Positions 58,231 through 64,000 of a stretch of 64,000 nt of DNA are shown in pieces. Origin of the DNA: Terrimicrobiaceae bacterium (GTDB taxonomy: Bacteria > Verrucomicrobiota > Verrucomicrobiia > Chthoniobacterales > Terrimicrobiaceae); assembly GCA_041752695.1 (NCBI GenBank), contig JBGSVZ010000092.1, positions 32,001 to 96,000 of the forward strand. Reading direction: 5' to 3'. Made by a program: the position numbers and the translations under genes. The notes beneath the pieces are model-generated. The model was not told where the DNA came from. It ran no database searches and saw nothing but the letters and a program-made list of their open reading frames with translations. Positions within the stretch are counted from its first letter, which is position 1, and each line of letters opens with the position of its first letter.

Positions 58231-58757
58231 ATCAACAAGGCGCGTGGGATGAGGCCACCCAGAGGGTGATGGTTTATTTTTCGCACCTGGAAATGGGGGG
58301 CGACGAGCACCGCACCCGGGAGACACTGCGGGTGATCGAGCGCGCGCGTTCCCTGTGTTCCTCCGATCCGGCTCTCCATCCCGTGGCAGCGGCCATGACC
58401 GAGGCGGCGGACGCGTTGCAGGCCTGGTATGGCAGGGTCCTCCCCGGAACTAGCGTCGAGGCAGGAATCGTCACCTCGCTGGCCTCGGGAGCGGGGCGGG
58501 CCTGGCCGAACGCCGTCTTGTCCGACTCCCCGCCGGCGGATCTGGCTGCGCGCCTTGCGGACACCTCCGTGCAGGCGGGGCCGGAGCTGGCGCTGTCCAG
58601 CATGGCGGCGCAGGAGATGAACTTTGGCGCGATGGAAACGATCGCGCAGGAGACCTGGCAGAAATTTGACTGGGCACCGGTGCTGCGCGCGGCCGCGCTT
58701 TGGACGGCCCTCTTTTTTCTGACCCTCTACGTCTACGATCGATTTTTTGCGCCATGA
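58218..58757 (+). CDS. Hypothetical membrane protein between opgG and opgH
   Basis: Overlaps both neighbours; helical body with a C-terminal TM segment. Confidence 0.7.
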   Translation: MDALDQQGAWDEATQRVMVYFSHLEMGGDEHRTRETLRVIERARSLCSSDPALHPVAAAMTEAADALQAWYGRVLPGTSVEAGIVTSLASGAGRAWPNAVLSDSPPADLAARLADTSVQAGPELALSSMAAQEMNFGAMETIAQETWQKFDWAPVLRAAALWTALFFLTLYVYDRFFAP

Positions 58758-60868
58758 GTGAGCTTTTCCAACCCCTCAAGCTCACGGCGGATTTTGTCGC
58801 CTTCCGCCGGGCTTCTTTTTTCGGCGCGATCCTGGCCACCACGGGCCTGGGCGCGTGGCTGCTATGGCGAACCTTTGCACCAGAAGGAATCTCCGGACTG
58901 GAGGGCGTCCAGATGGTTCTTTTCGTCCTGCTCTTCCAGCAGATTGCCACCGGCTTCTGGCTGGTGATTTTCGGATTTATTACGACCCTACTCGGCGGCG
59001 ACCGGGCGCAAATCTCCCGGACCATCCCGCTGGAGCTGGAGGAGTTGGAGAATGCGCCGCCCACCGCCATCGTGCTTCCCATTTATAACGAGGATGTGGA
59101 ACGAGTCTTCCGCGGAGTGGAGGCCATGTGGCGTGGCCTGCAGGAGCGAGGCGGTGACAAGGGGTTTGATTTTTTCATCCTGAGCGATTCCAACCGGCCG
59201 GAAAATTGGCTGGCCGAGGAAATGGCGTGGCTGGAGTTGTGTCGGAAACTCGACGCCTTCGGACGGATTTTTTACCGTAAACGCCGTGTGTCGCGGAACA
59301 GCAAGAGTGGCAATGTGGCCGATTTTTGCCGCCGGTGGGGCGCGCGCTATCGGTACATGATCGTGCTTGACGCCGATAGTGTGATGACCGGACGCCTTCT
59401 CACCCGTCTGGTGGCCATGATGGAGCGTAATCCCCGCGTGGGCCTCATCCAGACTTCCCCGCAACTTGCGCTGGGGGGGACTTTTTTTCGTCGCATCCAG
59501 CAGTTTGCCGCCAGACTGTACGCGCCCCTTTTTGCGGCGGGTTCCAACTACTGGCATCTTTTTGGGGCTAACTACTGGGGACACAATGCGATCCTGCGCT
59601 TGCGGCCCTTCATGGAATCCTGCGATCTGCCGGATCTGCCCGAACCCGAGTCGCATCGGCGGCATATTTTCAGTCATGATACGGTGGAGGCCGCCTTGAT
59701 GCGCAAGGCGGGCTACGATGTGTGGTTCGCTTATGCCGAAGAGGGCAGTTATGAGGAGGGTCCGCCGAATCTCAGTGACAGCCTCGCGCGCGACCGGCGG
59801 TGGAGTCTGGGAAATCTGCAGCATTTTTGGTTCCTCTTTGCCCCGGGCATCGACTTCGCCAATCGCTTCCATATCTGGACGGGCGTGATGGCGTATCTCT
59901 CGTCGCCACTTTGGCTGCTCTTTCTCATCACAGGCGTGGTCGACCTTGCCTTCAAACGTCAGTTCTCGCTGCTGGCCGCCCTGCCCGGGGGAAGCGTCCT
60001 GCCGGTCGGTGGCGCGGTTCCGATTCTCCTCATCGCGACGCTGGTCGTGTTATTCCTGCCGAAGATCCTCGCCATGCTGCTCGCCTTGCCGAGGGCCAAG
60101 CGATTCGGGGGAGCGGCCAGCCTGGTGCTGTCGACTCTGATCGAAACTGCGATCTGGACGCTGCTCGCGCCCGCCGTGATGATCTATTACACGCAGTTTG
60201 TCGTGATGAATCTTGCAGGCCTGCAAATTCATTGGAGTTCGCAGAATCGGTCGGACGATCACGGACCGGGCTTTTGGGAAAGCTGCCGTGTTTTCTGGCT
60301 GCCCCCGGTATTGGGAGTGTTGGCCACGGCCGCCGTGATTGCCTGGTCGCCTCAGGAACTCCCGTGGCTAAGTCCGATCCTCGCCGGCTGGCTGCTGGCA
60401 CCGGTTCTGGCCTGGCTGACCGCCCAGCCCTGGTTGGGGGCGTGGAGTCGGCGGCGGGGGCTATTTTTCATTCCCGAGGAAAATCCCGAGACGTGCCCCG
60501 AGGAATTGGCCTTTGTGGGGAGGGATGGTGCGTTCCCAAAATCACCGGGAGTTGCGCCAGCCTTCCGTGGCATCGCGAGGGCGGTGGCGGATCCCGTGGC
60601 CCACGCCGTGCACGTCAGCCTGCTGCGCAAACGGGGACGCATGACGCCGGATTCGGCGGTCTATTTGGAATCTTTGCGGAAGCGCCTGCTGGCGGAGGGT
60701 CCTCACGCGCTTGATCAGCGGCAAATTCTTGCCCTACTTTGGGATGCCGATTCTCTTCGTTGGCTCCATCGCACATTTTGGATCACGCCCGGAAACCAGT
60801 TGCACCCCTGGTGGCGAGAATGTTTAGCCACATTAGTGAGCGGTCCCCATCGTTTCGATCCCGCTTAA
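58754..60868 (+). CDS. opgH: Glucans biosynthesis glucosyltransferase H (GT2)
   Basis: PIYNED, FFILSDS, KSGNVADF, VLDADSVM, YWGHNAI, SHDTVEAA, RDRRW. Confidence 0.95.
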   Translation: MSELFQPLKLTADFVAFRRASFFGAILATTGLGAWLLWRTFAPEGISGLEGVQMVLFVLLFQQIATGFWLVIFGFITTLLGGDRAQISRTIPLELEELENAPPTAIVLPIYNEDVERVFRGVEAMWRGLQERGGDKGFDFFILSDSNRPENWLAEEMAWLELCRKLDAFGRIFYRKRRVSRNSKSGNVADFCRRWGARYRYMIVLDADSVMTGRLLTRLVAMMERNPRVGLIQTSPQLALGGTFFRRIQQFAARLYAPLFAAGSNYWHLFGANYWGHNAILRLRPFMESCDLPDLPEPESHRRHIFSHDTVEAALMRKAGYDVWFAYAEEGSYEEGPPNLSDSLARDRRWSLGNLQHFWFLFAPGIDFANRFHIWTGVMAYLSSPLWLLFLITGVVDLAFKRQFSLLAALPGGSVLPVGGAVPILLIATLVVLFLPKILAMLLALPRAKRFGGAASLVLSTLIETAIWTLLAPAVMIYYTQFVVMNLAGLQIHWSSQNRSDDHGPGFWESCRVFWLPPVLGVLATAAVIAWSPQELPWLSPILAGWLLAPVLAWLTAQPWLGAWSRRRGLFFIPEENPETCPEELAFVGRDGAFPKSPGVAPAFRGIARAVADPVAHAVHVSLLRKRGRMTPDSAVYLESLRKRLLAEGPHALDQRQILALLWDADSLRWLHRTFWITPGNQLHPWWRECLATLVSGPHRFDPA

Positions 60869-60932
60869 GGATAAGGGGATACTGATTTTTTCATTTGCGA
60901 CAAAGGGGTTTTGACCGCAAGGGAAGGGTGGT

Positions 60933-62306
60933 ATGATTAAGTTCGGTCACGTCGATAGGTTCGTGCTTCAGGGGGCCGGCCTTTTTTCCGCCCAGATGGA
61001 ATCGCGGTATCGGGCGTTGCTTTGGGCGGTTTTTTTCGGAGGATCAGTTGGTCTGATCGCCGCCTTAGTCTCCTATTGGGGAGTGTGGCCAGCCTCCTTG
61101 GCGGCCGCGTTGGCGGGCTTTTATCTGGCTCTCCGAGGGGTGGCTGACCGTGAGGTCGTCAGGAAACAGCAGTTGCTGGAAAAGTACACCGACTCGCTTC
61201 CTGGCATGCTGTACCAGTGCCGGCTTTATCCGAATTTTCACTGCGTCATCACCTACGCGAATAGTGCGCTGGAATGGATTTACGAAAAAGACCTCGCGGA
61301 AATGCAGAAGGATTGTCGATCGATCTTCGACCTGGTCCATCCCGACGACAAAGAGCGGATCTGGAAATCCCTGGGTGAGAGTGCGATTCATCTCACCCCG
61401 TGGAAGGATGAATACCGCGTTTTACTTCCCCGGCAAGGATTGCGCTGGCGTTATGCCCAGGCGCAGGTGGAACGGTTGGTCGACGGCAGCACTCTCTGGC
61501 ATGGCTTTGTCACCGACATTACGTGGCGCAAAGAAAATGACGAACGACTCCAGCAAGCGGAGGCAAAGGAGGCGGAAGCCTTGCGAGCGTCCCGGGATGC
61601 GGCGCAGAAGCTGGCGGAAGATAAGGCCCGATTCCTGGCCGAGATGAGTCATGAAATTCGCACGCCCTTGAGTAGCATTCTGGGATTTGCCCATCTTCTA
61701 AAAACGACGGCCCTGGCTCCTGATCAACTCGATTTCGTCGTGACCATGGAACGTTCCGCCGACCTCCTTCTGGCCATGGTTAACGACACCCTCGATCTTG
61801 CCAAAATTGAAGCCGGACACTTCCAAATCCGCCGCGAGCCCTTCGCCTTGCGAGGATGCATTGAGAGCGCCTTCAAGATGCTGCGCTCACAGGCTTTGCC
61901 GAAGGGCCTGCAATATACTTGCCGAATTGCCGAATCCGTTCCGGATATCTTTGTCGGTGATCGGCTCCGGATTGAGCAGGTGCTTTTGAATTTGGTGGGC
62001 AATGCCATTAAGTATACCGAGCGCGGACGGGTTGAGCTCTCCATCGCATCCGATGGCCCCGGCTTGGTGCGGATTGTTGTCGAGGACTCCGGCCCGGGCC
62101 TGTCTGAAGCGGAGCAAGAGAAGATTTTTTCACCCTACTATCAGGGAGAAAGCCAACAGCGCTGCAGCACCGGCCTTGGCCTGGCCATCACCCGCAATCT
62201 TTGCGAATTGATGGGGGGCTCACTCACCGTGCACAGCGAACCTGGCAAGGGGGCGCGCTTTATCGCGGAAATCGGCGGGCGTGCAGCGCGCAACGCTGAA
62301 CATTGA
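60933..62306 (+). CDS. Membrane PAS-domain sensor histidine kinase (orphan)
   Basis: Two TM segments; VHPDD PAS; FLAEMSHEIRTPL H-box; NLVGNAIKYT, EDSGPG, STGLGLAI. Confidence 0.92.
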   Translation: MIKFGHVDRFVLQGAGLFSAQMESRYRALLWAVFFGGSVGLIAALVSYWGVWPASLAAALAGFYLALRGVADREVVRKQQLLEKYTDSLPGMLYQCRLYPNFHCVITYANSALEWIYEKDLAEMQKDCRSIFDLVHPDDKERIWKSLGESAIHLTPWKDEYRVLLPRQGLRWRYAQAQVERLVDGSTLWHGFVTDITWRKENDERLQQAEAKEAEALRASRDAAQKLAEDKARFLAEMSHEIRTPLSSILGFAHLLKTTALAPDQLDFVVTMERSADLLLAMVNDTLDLAKIEAGHFQIRREPFALRGCIESAFKMLRSQALPKGLQYTCRIAESVPDIFVGDRLRIEQVLLNLVGNAIKYTERGRVELSIASDGPGLVRIVVEDSGPGLSEAEQEKIFSPYYQGESQQRCSTGLGLAITRNLCELMGGSLTVHSEPGKGARFIAEIGGRAARNAEH

Positions 62307-62381
62307 AGTGCGAGAAGTTCCCAGTCGGCTTCGATCGTGAAAACTTCAGGGTTCGACGTTCGGTTTTGAGAGTTCAGCGTT
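62292..62381. repeat. Second inverted heptamer-array element (same family as 32205-32410)
   Basis: AACGCTG AACATTG AAGTG ... ACTT CAGGGTT CGACGTT CGGTTTT GAGAGTT CAGCGTT between convergent genes. Confidence 0.7.
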
Positions 62382-64000
62382 ACGCCGCCGCCTTGGCGGC
62401 GGATTTTTTCACCGCCGCTTTCCGGGGCTCAAATTCGAACGTCACCTTGTCGGCTTCGAGTTTGAGGAAAGCCGAAAACGGTTTGCCCTTCTTCGAGATG
62501 AAGCGAGGGATGAGGTCGGTCTTGCCTTTCTCAATGAGGTTCATCAATTGCTCGTGCGGGATCTCGCGCTGGCAGATCGTTTTACCCATGCGGAATTTGC
62601 ACTTGCCGACATTGCTGCACTGGTAGGCCGTGCCGGTGTCGTGCACGGTGCCGGATTGGCAGGCCGGGCAGGGGGCGATGACCGGAAGAACTGTAAAGTC
62701 GATGTTCTGTCCGCCGTTGGCGTCATCGCCGAAATCGAACGTCTGTTTAAACTCGGCGTCAATCTTCACCGGGGCAGAAAACGGACGTCCCATCTTGCTG
62801 CGGAATCCCTCTAGGGGTCCGACGCTGCCTTTTTCCAGGAGCGTTTTGACTTCCTCGCGTTCGAGTTCGCGACCGGCCATGTTTTTCCAAACCAGCATGC
62901 CGCACGCTTTGCATTCGTAGGCTTTGTAGGATTCCTTGAAGACGCCTTCCCCGCACTTCGGGCACATGGCTTCGAGGTCGGTGAACTGACCTTCCACGTT
63001 CTCACCGCCAAAGTTTTTTGCCTTACCGACAATGTCTTCGGTGAAGCGGCGGATTTCGTCCATGAATTGCGGGCGCGGGATCCCGCCCTGCTCCATCTGT
63101 TTAAGTTTGAATTCCCATTCGCCGGTCATTTCGGGCGAGGTGAGGGACTGGATGCCGATGCCGCGGAGAAGGTTGATTAACGACAAGCCTTTTTGGGTGA
63201 CGATGAGATCGCGGCCCTGTCGGTTAAGGTAACCATCCAGGAGCAGGCCTTCGATGGTTTGCGCGCGGGTCGCGGGCGTGCCAAGGCCCCGTTGGCTCAT
63301 GGCTTCGCGCAGCTCTTCGTCATCGACCAATTTGCCCGCGCCTTCCATGGCTGAGAGCAGGGTCGCTTCGGAAAAACGGGCGGGCGGTTTGGTCTGGCTT
63401 TCCTTGATTTCGAGGGCGGTGGTTTGCACGGTCTCGCCGGGCTTGACCACGCAGAGAGTTTGTTCGTCCCCGGCCGCGGCCTGCTTGCCATAGACGGCGA
63501 GCCAGCCTGGATCCACGATGATCTTGCCGTCGCTGCGGAAGGCTTCGTTTTCCACCCGGGTGATGCGGGTGGTGACTTCAAATTGGGCTGGCGGATAAAA
63601 GACCGCGACAAACCGCCTGGCCACCATCTCAAAGATCTTGTACTCGAACTCGTCGAGGCTCTTGGTGGAAACACCAGTCGGGATAATGGCGTGGTGATCG
63701 CTCACCTTGGCGTCGTTGAAGATGCGTTTGTTCGGTTTCACCCAGCCCTGCGAAAGGGCCTTGTGCGCGTGCTCGGAGAGGGCGGTGTCGTCAAACTTCG
63801 TGAAGGCCGACTTCACGTTGCTCACGTAATCCTCGGGCAAATAGCGGGAATCCGTTCGGGGATAGGTCAGCACCTTGTGCTTCTCATAAAGAGCCTGCGC
63901 AATTTGCAGCGTGCGTTTCGCGCTGAGCGAAAACCGGGAATTCGCTTCGCGCTGAAGCGTGGTCAGATCGTAAAGCTGGGGAGAAGCTTGCGTGGTGGGT
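62380..64000 (-). CDS. topB: DNA topoisomerase III (type IA), C-terminal part; 5' end beyond window
   Basis: LTYPRTDS catalytic Tyr, [18 protein letters not shown], zinc ribbons and C-terminal F.SK.G.PFSA repeats. Confidence 0.88.
   Translation of the reverse strand, partial: PTTQASPQLYDLTTLQREANSRFSLSAKRTLQIAQALYEKHKVLTYPRTDSRYLPEDYVSNVKSAFTKFDDTALSEHAHKALSQGWVKPNKRIFNDAKVSDHHAIIPTGVSTKSLDEFEYKIFEMVARRFVAVFYPPAQFEVTTRITRVENEAFRSDGKIIVDPGWLAVYGKQAAAGDEQTLCVVKPGETVQTTALEIKESQTKPPARFSEATLLSAMEGAGKLVDDEELREAMSQRGLGTPATRAQTIEGLLLDGYLNRQGRDLIVTQKGLSLINLLRGIGIQSLTSPEMTGEWEFKLKQMEQGGIPRPQFMDEIRRFTEDIVGKAKNFGGENVEGQFTDLEAMCPKCGEGVFKESYKAYECKACGMLVWKNMAGRELEREEVKTLLEKGSVGPLEGFRSKMGRPFSAPVKIDAEFKQTFDFGDDANGGQNIDFTVLPVIAPCPACQSGTVHDTGTAYQCSNVGKCKFRMGKTICQREIPHEQLMNLIEKGKTDLIPRFISKKGKPFSAFLKLEADKVTFEFEPRKAAVKKSAAKAAA

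Overview
A GC-rich bacterial chromosomal segment. It is most likely Verrucomicrobiota (Spartobacteria/Chthoniobacterales-like), inferred from a Verru_Chthon pilin-like cassette, three PEP-CTERM proteins and a dnaK-groES-groEL operon. The first ~16.7 kb look like a SusC/D-free beta-glucan utilisation locus: pilin-like cassette, two PEP-CTERM proteins, GH1, two multi-module GH16s, a secreted unknown, an MFS transporter and a GH5. The standout element is a single ORF fusing a full GH1 fold to a C-terminal AraC DNA-binding domain. Its GH1 has lost catalytic machinery (NEP->SDP, NIY->NIF) but keeps the nucleophile and sugar-binding residues, and it sits divergent from an intact GH1 paralogue. A shared candidate operator lies 58 bp upstream of a -10 box at two, probably three, promoters of the locus, suggesting a pseudo-enzyme sugar-sensing regulon. 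The rest is mostly housekeeping and accessory genes: folE2, gluconokinase, TetR-RND efflux, chaperones, HerA-like ATPase, thiE, oppA, rpoZ-smpB, a large dockerin-tailed surface protein, lemA-trpE, LarA-like epimerase plus SDR, GH78 plus AraC, opgG/opgH, a histidine kinase and partial topB. No rRNA, tRNA, CRISPR array or transposase was recognised. All family calls come from motif recognition by eye, not from database searches.
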